A stretch of DNA of 64,000 nt. It comes from Octopus sinensis. Taxonomy: Eukaryota. Positions 1 to 12,932 of the stretch are shown in pieces (the stretch's first letter is position 1; the number at the start of each line of letters is the position of its first letter). The stretch covers positions 29,016,001 through 29,080,000 of the forward strand of contig NC_043009.1 in assembly GCF_006345805.1 (NCBI RefSeq), given 5' to 3'. The position numbers and the translations under genes were made by a program. Under the pieces are notes generated by a model. That model was not told where the DNA came from, made no database searches, and saw only the letters and a program-made list of their open reading frames with translations.

Positions 1-139
1 ATATATATATATATATATATATATATGTATACGTGTGTGTATGTACGGGCTATATAATATTTCATTCTTTACATCAACAACGCTACCATGTCAAGAGCAA
101 TTTATCAGCAAGTTGATATTTTTCTGATGTTTTGATTGA

Positions 140-172
140 ATTTATATGGTAAGTTGAGCAGAGAGGTGTTGC

Positions 173-203
<31 letters not shown>

Positions 204-335
204 GGTGGCAGGGATGATGATGATGTTGATGATGACAACGACGGTGATGATAATGCCGATAATGGTGATGATGATGGTGATGATGACGATGGTGATGATG
301 GTGGTGGGGTGGGTCGCATTGGCGGTGGTTGTCAT
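140..335. repeat. Compound (GTT/GTG/GAT)n microsatellite
   Basis: Direct triplet runs; these explain ORFs 83-582. Confidence 0.9.
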
Positions 336-724
336 AATGCAGAATATACTGAATATGTTGGTTAAGGTGATGAATATAGTTTCCGTCATTCAGTGCAGCA
401 TAACTGGAACTGGACATGCAGGCAGACAGTCGAAGGGCTGGAAGATGCTTACCTTCTTCCTTATAAGACAGCTCCAAATTCACTTCTGCTAGACAAACTA
501 CATTCCATGCATTCTTGTTGCCACTCAAGAACGGCCAAACTGGGATAAGTCTAAAAGTTTTATTCTCAAGTCCTCTAAACATCTGTATTCCTCCTCAGAA
601 TCCAGTTTGGAACCATCCAATAGTTCTAAACCCTGCTTCTTTAGGTATTCTAAAGCAAGCAGGAGCAAATTCCATTATTGTCACATCTCCTCTGGTTTGG
701 TGGAGATTTCTCTTTTTACAATAT

Positions 725-928
725 TCTCTTACTTGTTTCAGTCATATGACTGCGGCCATGCTGGAGTGCCACCTTCTTTTAGTCAAGCAAGTCAACTCCA
801 GGACTTATTCTTTGCAAGCCTAGTACTTATTCTATCAGTCTTTTTTTTTTTTTTGCTGCACCGCTAAGTTATGGAGACATAAACACACCAGCATCGGATG
901 TCAAGCGATGTTCAGGGGACAAACACAG

Positions 929-959
<31 letters not shown>

Positions 960-1175
960 CATAAACACACACACATACACATATATACATACATATATAT
1001 ATATATATATATATGCATATATATGACGAGCTTCTTTCAGTTTCCGTCTACCAAATCCATTTACAAGGTCAGCCTGAAGCTATAGTAGAAGACACTTGCC
1101 TAAGGTGCCACACAGTGTGACTGAACCCGGAACCATGTGGTTGGTAAGCAAGCTACTTACCACACAGCCACTCCT
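725..1175 (-). mobile_element. tRNA-derived CORE-type SINE with internal (CA/TA)n and a conserved 3' module (family B)
   Basis: The reverse complement reads GGAGTGGCTGTGTGGTAAG..GGTTCAGTC..CACCTTAGGCAAGTGTCTTCTACTATAGC, i.e. A/B boxes plus a CORE-like block. The same structure recurs at 17305, 21525 and 60880. Confidence 0.8.
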
Positions 1176-1569
1176 ATTGATAAATGGAATATGTGATGGA
1201 ACAGGAACCAGTCATTATTGTAAAACAACCCAAGAAACCTTCAATGAATATATGCTACCTGGCTAACTGAAACAGTTACTGTTATATAATTTTGTTTTAA
1301 AGTGATAATGTTTCTTTGAGGCGATAATACTGGTAGTGGAGATAAAATTGGTAAAGATTATAATATTGATTTGAGAGGATAATGTTGATAGTGGTGAAAA
1401 TACTGATAGTAGTTAAAACAGTAGTAAAGGTGATAATATTGATAGAAGTACTAATATTTGTAGAGTTGATAATGTTGGTAGATGTGACTGTATATGTAGA
1501 AATAATAATATTATCATCTCTACCAATATAATAATATTATCATCTCTACCTCAAACCAATAATATCATT

Positions 1570-2060
1570 CAGCCTGCAAGGTCAGTTCACTTGGCCTGCT
1601 GCTGCATTGTACCTTTTGTGTTAAGTACCTGCAGTGTAAGTTCATTTGCCTTTGGTATGGCATCAATGCTTGGAACAACTTATGTCTGTGAGCAAGCATT
1701 TTTCAAAAATGAAGAATGTGAAGTCAGCACATCGGACGAGATTGACTGATGAACATTTGAAAGCAAATCTCTTGGTTGGATGCAGCAATTCCAAATCAAA
1801 TATTGATGATATCTTCAAAGCTAAACAACAATACTTTTTTTACTGTTTAGTTTGTGAGATTCGGATATGTGCATACTGGGAGTGATATAACTATCTTCTT
1901 GCTAACATAACCAACATTTTTATTTACCAAAAGGTTATGAAAGAGGCAGTTTTTATTTTTGAGTATTCACTGTATTGTAGTGAACAAAATGGTTATGCAG
2001 TCTGTGCTCATAATACTCTCAGTTATCTGGCCTGCCATGAAAAAAGTTTGGTGACCCCTG
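1570..2060 (+). mobile_element. hAT (Buster/SPIN/GTF2IRD2-like) DNA transposon 3' fragment
   Basis: Frameshifted peptide MASMLGTTYVCEQAF-SKMKNVKSAHRTRLTDEHLKANL matches the hAT C-terminal dimerisation motif. The element ends in AAAAAGTTTGGTGACCCCTG, a hAT-type TIR. The left end was not identified. Confidence 0.8.
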
Positions 2061-4059
2061 CTTTAAGCTAATGATGATGGTTTGAAGTGATAATATTTGT
2101 GGAACTGATAATGTTCGTAGAAGTAATAACATTAGTAGTGGTGATAATATTTAAGGTGATAATTTTGGTAGGTGGTTTAATGTTGTTAATGCATATGTTG
2201 ATGACAATAAAAATGCAAGCTTTTGAAGGAATCTCTTTGAAGTTATTCAATCTGCTAAGCGGTGCAACCAAATCACTTTCAGATTATGCCTAACAATTTT
2301 CAAAAACGAAGGATACATTGGATGATGTATTTTGCAAAGCATATTTAATAACCACATACATATGTGTCCAAAATGGCTGTGTGTGTGTGCGTGCATAAAG
2401 CTATATAAAGAAAGTGGTAAACATCTGGCTTTTCAACTCTTTAACATGGGTTCAATTCCAACTTCTCTGACAATGAAATAAACATCATAAAGATGTATCT
2501 CTCCCCACACATATCCAGAGAGAGAGAGAGACATTTTAGATATATGGTAGAGCTCCTAATATTGTTTTAGCTAAAATCCATAATTCAAAACACAATTGGT
2601 TTCTTGAAGAACAAAATTCCTTAATCGATTTGTTTTCTTTCTCCCCATTCTGTTATGAGAATTTGGCCACAAAATTCCTCAACCTGGCTTGTTCTTTTTC
2701 TTAATAATTTTCTATTTTATTTAGATTTATGTTTAATTATTCTTTATTTTCCAGATGTAAACATAGCTATATTTTGTGTGTATGTGAAGTTTGTGTTTTC
2801 AATGTAAAAATCTCAAGTTAATGAGAGAATGTGATCAGGAAATTGACATTACTCATTAATTTGGGTTTTAAGCCAAAACAATCTGCACAGCCAAACTAAT
2901 TATGTTTGCATAAACAAAATAAATTACATGGTACAATGCCAGGAAAAATTATAAGTAATAATTTGTGTCTTTCCACAACAATGTAACGATGTCTTTTACA
3001 AGACCATCTTAAATAATGATTACTGTTTTGTGTTTGGACTTCACTGCTTCAGTTTCTTTATCAATATAAAAGTGTCAGACATTGGAAGACATGAAAATGT
3101 TGCTGCTGTTGTTGTTGTTATAGTACTTTTCTCTTACATCAGATTTCATTAAATAGATTTGTGATCAAAGGGATTCCAAACATGACTTTCCTGCCTCTTT
3201 GCAGTTGTCTAGAATTGTATTGCGTAATACGTCCTTTTCTTATTTAAGATAGTAAAGGGTAACTTTGAGAGAGATTTATCTTCTAACAGCCAAATCTCTC
3301 TCAAACCACACCCATACTATCTCTAAAACAAAAATTGACATTTTGGATTTTGTACTCCAAGGTAAACAGAAAATACCTCAGAAGGAATAAGGTTTGAATA
3401 TGTTTGCCTAATTGTTGTTTTCATCAAACATATCTACGATCAAACATTTCAGGTGATGGAGAAGAGAGCTCGGTCGGTGTCCACAAGGGAATTCAGCATA
3501 ATCAGATATTGTCTTTTCTCTGGAAGTTCAATACCATGGATTGCTTTAATAGTATCTATGGTAGCTAGTAGAGTAAAGTGGGATTTCAATTCAGAATACA
3601 AAGAGCTAGGAAAATACCACAAGGTACCACTTTCGGCTGTAACAAACCTGTCATTCCACTGCCCTTTGCATGTATTTTATTTATTGATCCTGAAAGAAAA
3701 GAAAAAAAAAAGCTGAGCTCAGCAGGATTTGAACTCAGAATACAAAGAGGTAAAAAGAAGTTAGTTTTTGAATTAAAACTAAAATTAATTTTCTGAATAT
3801 TTTTTGTTTGTTGGATATTAATTTTCTCATGAAATTAATTAATGACAACAGGTAACACTATTTACCCAGGGCTCTAATAATTCAACCAATAAACCAAAGA
3901 TTACTACTGGTATCTATTTTAAAAACAGCAAAATTACAGAACACCAAAATGGGAAAAGCAAAATTTAAATAGAAAAATATTGTGTTTTCATAAAAGGATT
4001 CTGGTACTATCCACACAGACCATGTTTGTTCAAAACACATAAGTATCACAGATCTGTTT

Positions 4060-4250
4060 GGTAATAACCATATTTGATGCCCAACCAGGCATGTTCTCAC
4101 ATTTCCATCTAGGTTAACTTTATGCGTTCAATACATCAGAGCCACCATATTTTTCTCTAGCCTCTGATGACCTTCCATACTTAATGTCCATGCCTAGCTA
4201 CAATGCAACATTGCACTTCTTACACACACAACCTCTACTTTGCATTTGTT
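4060..4250 (-). mobile_element. Degenerate RTE LINE reverse-transcriptase fragment
   Basis: The minus strand translates to CVRSAMLHCS*AWTLSMEGHQRLEKN, similar to the RTE motif at 59133-59354. Confidence 0.55.
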
Positions 4251-4474
4251 TCCTTTTTTTTTGCAGTATGAGAGAGTAAGAATACATTACTTATGTTTAT
4301 GGTTAAAAAGTAATGCGTTTATACTTGTAGTGTAAAATTTGTGGGCACAATGTAGGCATGTAAGTGTGTAAGAATATATAACATTGACGTGTCTGTTTGA
4401 TATTTTTTGTGCTTAAGTATATAGTATATATACACATGTTTTCTCTATGTATATGTACACATAATGTGTGTGTA

Positions 4475-4476
4475 TA

Positions 4477-4546
<70 letters not shown>

Positions 4547-4636
4547 GTATAAAAATACATATACATATATATATTTATCTATCTATATATAGATATAGAT
4601 ATCTATCTATCTATCTATATATATATATATGTATAC

Positions 4637-4672
<36 letters not shown>

Positions 4673-4681
4673 ATAATATAT

Positions 4682-4724
<43 letters not shown>

Positions 4725-4825
4725 TTATCTATCTATACATACATATATATAGCTACATATATCTATATATATATATGTATACATATATATATATATAGAT
4801 ATATATGTTTGTATATATTTATCTA

Positions 4826-4865
<40 letters not shown>

Positions 4866-5317
4866 TTATGTGCATATATAGATAGATAGGTATATACATA
4901 CGTGTGTGTGTATATGCAAGTATCGATATAATTCTGTGAGTATATGCTAATTCAAACAAACAATCATACAAATGATGATACAATTTTTTTATATGTGTTT
5001 CTGCAAAAGGGTGCAGTTGCATTATTGTATGTGTGTGCAATGGGTTGCACGTATGTACATAACTGCATATATCGATGCATATACATATGTATGTGTATCT
5101 GTGTATGTGTAGGTGTATGTGTGCATGCATATCTGTGCATGTGTTTATGCATATGTATTTATGTGTATAGAAATATATATATGTATATATATATGTATGA
5201 TCACATATAAGTATATATGTATATACAAGGTATAAATATAAACACTTGCATGTGTTTATGTATATATATGTATATATGCATATATATATATATATATATA
5301 CATTCATATATACATAC

Positions 5318-5354
<37 letters not shown>

Positions 5355-5407
5355 ATATATATACACACATATATATACACACACACATATATATATGTGT
5401 ATAATTT

Positions 5408-5445
<38 letters not shown>

Positions 5446-5530
5446 ACATTATATATATGCATTATATATATATATACATTATATATATATGTGTATATAT
5501 ATATACACACACATATATATATATCTTTGT
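4475..5530. repeat. Long (TA)n/(CA)n-rich low-complexity tract
   Basis: Direct inspection; the YIYI/HTHT ORFs here are artefacts. Confidence 0.95.
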
Positions 5531-6262
5531 ATGAATTGATGTACTTCTACGTATATTACAAGGTATTATAAAGCAAATGTATATGTAATGAAGTTAGGGT
5601 GTCTTTGATCTTGTATGAAACTTTATTTTCTTGAAAATATTCACATTTTGATCAGAGTAAAAACAGGGAGACCTACACACATATATGTACACATAAATAC
5701 AGAGATGCATATACACATATACATACATATGTTACGTGTGTGTGTGTATTTATATGCATATAAGCACATACATCTGTATGTATTTGTATATGTGTATATA
5801 GATATATATTCATATATATAAACATATAGATGCTTGTGTGTGTAAATATATACATGCATATATCTGTATATATATACATACATGCAGACATGTGCATATA
5901 TTCATACACACACACATATATATATATATGTATACATATATACATACATATATATATGTATATATATATACATATGTGTGTGTGTGTGCATTTACATATA
6001 TACACACACACATAGGGAGAGAGAGTTGGGGAAAGAGGAAAGGGGGAAAGACACACGCACACACTATGGCAACGATTGTCTCAAAAGTCAAATGCCATCA
6101 CCACATCCACTCGTTCACTCCTTGTTCAGTCACTTCAACTCCCGACATTTTCTAACAAACAGATTATCCCATGAGAGACAACAATGTAAACAAGCTTATA
6201 GAAAAATGTTATTCGATTCTACATATAAATATTTGAGTTTATAATGCTTTACAGAGGTGGTG

Positions 6263-6269
<7 letters not shown>

Positions 6270-6327
<58 letters not shown>

Positions 6328-6420
6328 GTTAGAGGAAGAGGAGGAAGAAGAAGAAGAAGAAGAAGAAGAAGAAGAAGAAGAAGAAGAAGAAGAAGAAGAA
6401 GAAGAAGAAGAAGAAGCAGT
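6270..6420. repeat. (AG)n followed by (AAG)n microsatellite
   Basis: Direct inspection. Confidence 0.95.
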
Positions 6421-6620
6421 AGGAGGAGAAGGGGAAAAAACTGATTTCTGTTCTAACGTATTGTTACTACAAAATGGATAAAAATAAAACCATTTAGGTA
6501 ACATTCCTTCCACAAATTACGGCTTACATACTTTTATATCAAATTACATATTGTACATCATTATTATTGCTATTGTTATTATATTATTATCATTATCATC
6601 ATTATTCTCATTTTTATTGA

Positions 6621-7080
6621 GGTAAAGAGCTGGCGGAATTGTTAGCACACCGGGTAAAATGCTTAATGGTATTTCACCTATCAGCGAGCTGGCAGAAACG
6701 TTAGCACGCCGGGCGAAATGCTTAGCGGTATTTCGTCAGCCGTTACGTTCTGAGTTAAAATTCCGCCGAGGTCGACTTTGCCTTTCATCCTTTCGGGGTC
6801 GATTAAATAAGTACCAGTTACACACTGGGGTCGATATAATCGACTTAATCCGTTTGTCTGTCCTTGTTTGTCCCTTCTGTGTTTAGCCCCTTGTGGGTAA
6901 TAAAGAAATAGGTATTTCACCTATCACTACGTTCTGAATTCAAATTCTGCCGAGGTCAACTTTGTCTTTCATCTTTTCGGTGTTGATTAAATAAGTACCA
7001 GTAATTCCCCGGAGTCGATGTAATTGACTTAATCCCTTCCCCCAAATTTGAGGTCATGTGCTTCCAGTAAAAATAAAGAA
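6621..7080 (+). mobile_element. Nested pair of tRNA-derived SINEs (family A)
   Basis: The motif GAGCTGGCAGAAACGTTAGCACGCCGGGCGAAATGCTTAG..GAGTTAAAATTCCGCCGAGGTCGACTTTGCCTTTCATCCTTTCGGGGTCG occurs twice. The inner copy (~6685-6920) interrupts the outer one, and GTATTTCACCTATCA flanks it on both sides. Confidence 0.85.
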
Positions 7081-7202
7081 TATTATTATTAAGAAATAAA
7101 CAGAAGAGAGCCATAGCTGTCATGTGAAATTAGTTGACCGATATTTCGGCATCTAGCATGCCTTCCATAGGTTCAAAAATTACATGTCAGTCTACTTCAT
7201 TG

Positions 7203-7390
<188 letters not shown>

Positions 7391-7744
7391 TTTTTCTCTT
7401 TTGGAGGTATTTGTTCATTTTGTTATTGATATTATTGTCGTCGTGCTTGTTTGTTTTTTTATTAAATATTTTTTCTTCATTTTTTTCTTTTCTTTTCTTC
7501 AGCATAATTTTTTTTATTGTTACCCATACTGTGTTTCTTTTCTTTTTCTTTCATAGCTATTTGTATTATCGCACCTTCATGCATCCTACTTGAAAATATT
7601 TATTCTGCAATAATTTATTTTGTAGAAAGTTACCTGTTAACATCTCACCATGTATACATATATTCTCCAACAAAGAAAAATCAACCCCTTAACTATGCTA
7701 CAACTACTACTGAGCTCCTTTTGAGCATTGTACTCCATGGGGCC

Positions 7745-8070
7745 AAAGTGGCTGAGTTCCTCTCGAGTGTTGGGCCTTACAGAGGCAATGACCAAGACCT
7801 TTGGTATTATATCATGCTTGAGAAGAAGATCCACCAAGCCGAGCAACATCGCAGTCGTGGCAGATACTGGTATCATGCAAATGGCACCCTTGCTGGTGGC
7901 ACGTAAATGCATCCATTACACTCTCAGAGTGGTTGGCATTAGGAAGGGCATCGCATTGTAGAGAACCATACCAAATCAGTCTGGAGTCTGATGCAGCTTT
8001 CCAGCATGCCAGCCCCAGTCAAACCACTGAACCCATGCCAGCATGGACAACAGACGTTAAATGACGATGA
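7745..8070 (+). mobile_element. RTE LINE 3' end
   Basis: LGLTEAMT..DQDLWYYIMLEK is the RTE RT C-terminus. It is followed by the GAGTGGTTGGCATTAGGAAGGGCATC..CATGCCAGCATGGA..CGTTAAATGACGATGATG tail. Confidence 0.8.
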
Positions 8071-8074
8071 TGAT

Positions 8075-8096
8075 AACTACTACTACTACTACTACT

Positions 8097-8128
<32 letters not shown>

Positions 8129-8162
8129 GCTACTACTACTACTATTACTACTACTGCTGCTG

Positions 8163-8224
<62 letters not shown>

Positions 8225-8270
8225 GTTGCTGCTGCTGCTACTACTACTACTACTACTACTGCTACTACTA
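8075..8270. repeat. (CTA)n microsatellite with CTG interruptions
   Basis: Direct inspection. Confidence 0.95.
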
Positions 8271-9392
8271 CAGAATCATCAGCCTGCCAGGTATTTCATT
8301 AGTGTTCATGTTCTGTTGACTTTGCTTTCCATTTTTTAAAGGGTAACGAATTAAGTATCAATCAAACATTAGGTGGCTTGGGATTGGTGTGTTTCCTTCA
8401 TTGGCCTGGGGTGGCATTCTTCCTTCGTTGGCCTGGGTGGCATTCTGCCTTCATTGGCCTCTGTTGAGATTTCTTATTTTTCTTATGAATCTTTGCAAAT
8501 TGTTATTGTTTTATTGTTTATATGTTTCTTTGTAAATTTCCACCTTTCTCACTTTTCATATTGTCATATTGTCCTAAACGTTTTCGAAACTCTTGTGGCC
8601 AATAAAAGAAGAATCCTTATTCTCTTTATTATTATGGCAACAGGTTGGTAGAATCATAAGCATGCTAAACAAAATGCTTAGTTACATTTTTTTGTGGCCT
8701 TACTTTGAGAGTTCAATTACTGCCTTTCATCCTTTTGGGGTTGATAAACAAGAACCAGCTGGATATTGGGGGCTGGTGTAATTGACTGGATTCTCTCCTG
8801 AAATTCCAGGTATTGTGCCTATGGAAGAAAAGATAATTATTATTGTTGTTATGTGTTTCCAGAATGAGTTACAGTAATTTTTTTCTTTTAAAAAATGTGA
8901 AAAAGTCAAAGTTAGGGTTGGATATATCTGCAAATTTATATTTATATTTTTACATGACCCTGCATGTTGGAAGAGGTGACTTGACTGTTTGGTGGCAAGA
9001 AAGGCATCCAGCCTAAAAGCACTGCATCAGAATATCTTTCAACCAATACCAACATTGGTAAAATGGATGTAAAATGCTGATGATGAAGATTGTGAAGAGG
9101 ATGCCTTTTAGTAGATGAATCCTCTTTCAGCACGACACATCCAACTGGGAAAAATTGAAAGTAAAGAGAAATTCTTATATCTTGTCAAAGGTATGGTAGC
9201 CTGTGGTTAAACGGATAGAAATGATCCTGATAAATGTGGTGGTGGTGCTGGAATATATATTCTGGGGCTGCTAGGTAAGTGCTGCACCTGTACATATGTA
9301 CATATACGTAAACACACACACACATGTATGCATATATGTACATGTATATATGTACACACACACACATGCACACAACATACACACACATATAA

Positions 9393-9675
9393 GGTAAAGG
9401 GTAAAGAACCCCTTCAGTCATGAATTGCCATGGGATTGCAACTAGAAAATTCCTCTCTGAGGCACAAGTCTGGGCAAGGTTGTTCATGGAAGACCAGCAG
9501 TCACCCATGTATACCAGCTTCCCTTCTCCACACCACTGATGTTATCCAAAGGAAAGGCAAAGGCCAATACAGTTTGGCACCAGTAACATCATAACTCATT
9601 TCTACAGCTGAGTAAACTGGCGCAACATGAAATAAAGTTCTTGCTCAACAACCAGCACAGCTCGCCCTGGAATAT
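9393..9675 (-). mobile_element. SINE with an AAGGTAAAGG-type tail
   Basis: Shares the block CTCATTTCTACAGCTGAGTAAACTGG..AATAAAG..CTTGCTCAA with the SINE at 26205-26520. Confidence 0.55.
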
Positions 9676-9726
9676 GATATGCATATATGTGTGTGTGTGT
9701 GTGTGTGCGTGTATATATATATATAT

Positions 9727-9885
9727 CATCATCATCATCATCATCATCGTCGTTTAACGTCCGTTTTCCGCGCTAGCACGGGTTGGACGGTTTCGACCGG
9801 GGTCTGGGGAGCTAGGGACTGCCCCAGGCTCCAGTCTAGTCTTGCAGTGTTTCTACAGCTGGATGCCCTTCCTAACGCCAACCAA
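9727..9885 (-). mobile_element. RTE 3' tail, truncated
   Basis: (CAT)n-CGTTTAACGTCCGTTTTCCGCGCTAGCACGGGTTGGACGG..CTGGATGCCCTTCCTAACGCC. Confidence 0.85.
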
Positions 9886-9975
9886 ATAAGAACAAGCAAG
9901 AAAAAACAACAACACGGGGATGTGGAACAAGTACTGTGTTATTGGACGCCCAACAAAAGAAAGGAAAGAAAGAGG

Positions 9976-10010
9976 ATTTCACATTTCGAGTGGAGCTCTT
10001 CATCAGAAAT
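9976..10010 (-). ncRNA. Minimal type I hammerhead motif, decayed (G17); family 1 element ~9885-10076
   Basis: Reverse complement: ATTT-CTGATGA-A-GAG-ctcca-CTC-GAAAT-GTG-AAAT. It is homologous to 53345-53379, and the element abuts (TA)n. Confidence 0.7.
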
Positions 10011-10073
10011 ATAGAAAAAGTCCAAAGGAGGGAAGATGGAGAAAGAAAATCGCCAATGATACACAAGTGGTCA

Positions 10074-10109
<36 letters not shown>

Positions 10110-11258
10110 TTCAGCAAAATTTAGATCTAAATAACTAAAGGAAAAAATCTATAGTCAGAAGGTAACTTTTAATACTATCACGTTCTTAACAATCAAATCA
10201 ACCTCTTTGTCAGTATATCTACCCTCTTCATAATGTTGGCAAATGAAATGGAAATAAGGATATGTATTGTCCGTTTGATGGAAGACTTCTATAAATGGCT
10301 GAAGATTGCTCAACATTTTAAAACTAATGTAATACTTACAATGTTTAATAAAATGAAGTAGCATGAAATGATCGTACCAAATTACCGAAGATATACTTGT
10401 TGCTTATTTTGATTATATATATATATATATATATATATATCAAACTTTCTTCAGAATGGATGTGTGGTGTTCAGTCATATAATAATGTAAATAATATATA
10501 TATATATATAAATGCATATATATACTCATATATATATGTATATACACATGCATATATGGGTACAGGGCATCAAAAAACATACACAACATGGAAAACAAGA
10601 ACATGAAATACAAAAACACGGAAAACAATCCTTTTTTGCGAACAATGAAAGAAACAAATAGTGAAACAAGATAGGCAACATAAAGAACAATCCCTTCATC
10701 AGTTGTCCCATGTTCTATTTACTCGGTATTTCGAAAGTAGGGACAAGATGCATCTTCGTCAAAACAGTTGCTCCCGCAAAGCAAATTAAATGAAATTTGG
10801 GATTTGTGGAGGGTCAAAGCTGGTAACAAACACAGGACAGTGAAAACAAACAGTAAGGGTTCTTAAGCCATAACGAGGTGAAGTGGTGAATGCTGGAGAA
10901 ATAAGCTTTACACACACACACACATGTATATTCATAAAGCTGTTTTCTACCCCTACGCCAACACACACATATATAGAACAGTATACACACACACACGTCT
11001 CTAAGTAGATTTTTTCTCGCCCCTTATAAAACATCCAATATTCCTTAAATAGTCAGAACTTTATTCTCGGTCACAAAGAACATCTATACACCCTCACCCA
11101 CATGATTGACCGATGCCTGACCCGTTGAATTCTTCAGCCACCGGTTCTCAACATACACTGATAAACAGTTTCGCCATGGGCTCTTAGGAGCACAGTTCGA
11201 TTTGTTTTTTGCTCCGCCTCTGTTCTGTTTTTGTTTTTCCAACGGATTTCCTTTTTTC

Positions 11259-11338
11259 TTCCTGAAGAGAAAGACACAATATGGTCCCATTATTCAATCG
11301 GATTTTGGTAATTTGTGCCTTTTGAAACACGTGTAGAA
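11259..11338 (+). ncRNA. Type I hammerhead ribozyme with an intact core and long helix II
   Basis: TTC-CTGAAGA-GAAAGACACAA..TTGTGCCTTTT-GAAAC-ACGT-GTA/GAA. Helix III is palindromic (ACACGTGT). AATAAA follows at ~11342 and (TA)n at 11405. Confidence 0.75.
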
Positions 11339-11396
11339 TGAAATAAAACGATTTCTGTTCAATCTGCGTTCAGCTCCATTTCTTCAATTCACCAAT

Positions 11397-11430
<34 letters not shown>

Positions 11431-11605
11431 TAGTAAAAACGGTAAGATAACAAAAGAAAGAAAGAGACCTCAATATTATGTAAATAGAGGAAATTTATCT
11501 GTAAAATAATATGTGACAATTATTTAATAGCCAAGATAAAACTCTGAGTTTCAGATGCCGAGGTGGAAATCCTCAACACCATCTCTTCGGTTATCTGGCC
11601 ATCTG
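11431..11605 (-). mobile_element. (TA)n-flanked HHR-bearing repeat (family C), copy 1; HHR at 11528-11601
   Basis: Nearly identical to 41130-41368 and 54733-54903. Reverse complement: TGGCCAGATAA-CCGAAGA-GATG..CATC-TGAAAC-TCAGA-GTT/TTATCTTGGCTA. Confidence 0.75.
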
Positions 11606-12454
11606 TCACCCTCTCTCTCTCTTTCTGTAGATATATGTGTGTGTGTGTGTGTGAAAGAGAGAGAGAATATATACATTGTCCAGCCAGCATAGAAAACAGA
11701 TATTACATAATGATGAGAAAGAGAAAGATATATACACATCTATATTTCAGTGGTATAAATTCTCGGATGGGCTGTGGGTAAGACGAGTGCCACACACCTA
11801 CCAAACATACTAAATTTTCTATAAATTTTTCTACTTTTAAAATACCACAACACAATCAGCTTTTATGATTTACATTTAACTTTAATAACACAAGCAAAGA
11901 AACAAATTTAAATTCATATTCTTTAGAAACCATCTAAAATTTCTCTGTTTATATATTCCACTTACACGGTACTACTAAGTTCACCATTGTAACATACCAC
12001 GAGACAACAACTACCATACGTTAGTGTCACTAAATCAATAATTTTGATAATACCAGCAGCAGTTGTAGTCAGAATAAACTAAAATGATATTTCCTCTTAT
12101 TTTGGGTGATTGAACATTTCGTTATCATTTTGTGAAATAGTGTACAAAAGTTGAAAGCGGTATCAGTCTTGGAGGAATAACAAAACTCATAATTCTTTAT
12201 AAGAAAGTTCTACATGGATGCATTCCATAAATGAAAGTATTTCACCTCACAATCCCTCATTACAATACATGATATACTATTAGAATTGGCTTAAATCATT
12301 AGTCCAAGATGTTTGCTTCATATTCTGCTGCCATACTGATCTGCCATTTTACTCCTAGTCATTCTACTTTACTTGTAGTTCAGACACATCATTTATTTAT
12401 CTATTCATCATTATTATTTGTCTTTGCTGTTGTCTTTGTTGTTGTAATTCTTCT

Positions 12455-12529
12455 TCTTCTTCTTCTTCTTCTTCTTCTTCTTCTTCTCCACCTCCTCTTC
12501 CTCCTCCTCCTCCTCATCATCATCATCCC

Positions 12530-12564
<35 letters not shown>

Positions 12565-12647
12565 CCACCATCATTAATATTATTGTTATTATTGAGTCAA
12601 AGTGACGCTGGAGTAAAATATACAAAGCCCAGTATACCCATCATAAC

Positions 12648-12707
<60 letters not shown>

Positions 12708-12786
12708 CAATACAAGTTTCTCTTCTTTCTTCAATTTTGTTTCAATTTCTTGCGGAGTGTCATCGGCCCATTATTATTGTTGTTGC

Positions 12787-12820
<34 letters not shown>

Positions 12821-12873
12821 CTTCTTCTTCTTCTTCTTCTTCTTCTCTTCTTCTCTTCTTCTTCTTCTTCTTC

Positions 12874-12906
<33 letters not shown>

Positions 12907-12930
12907 TATTATTATTATATTATTATTATT
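12455..12930. repeat. Compound triplet microsatellite cluster (CTT, CCT, CAT, ATT, GTT)
   Basis: Direct inspection. Confidence 0.95.
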
Positions 12931-12932
12931 GA

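Noticed and set aside
1747-1765. CTGATGA..GAAA inside the hAT fragment
   Set aside because: It is part of the codons for LTDEHLK and has no helices.
8392-8460. Three ~25-bp direct repeats (CCTTCATTGGCCTGGG..)
   Set aside because: A short local slippage duplication with no further structure.
11160-11192. Minus-strand CTAAGA-GCC-cat-GGC-GAAAC-T-GTT
   Set aside because: G5 is missing and helix I does not pair. At best this is a relic.
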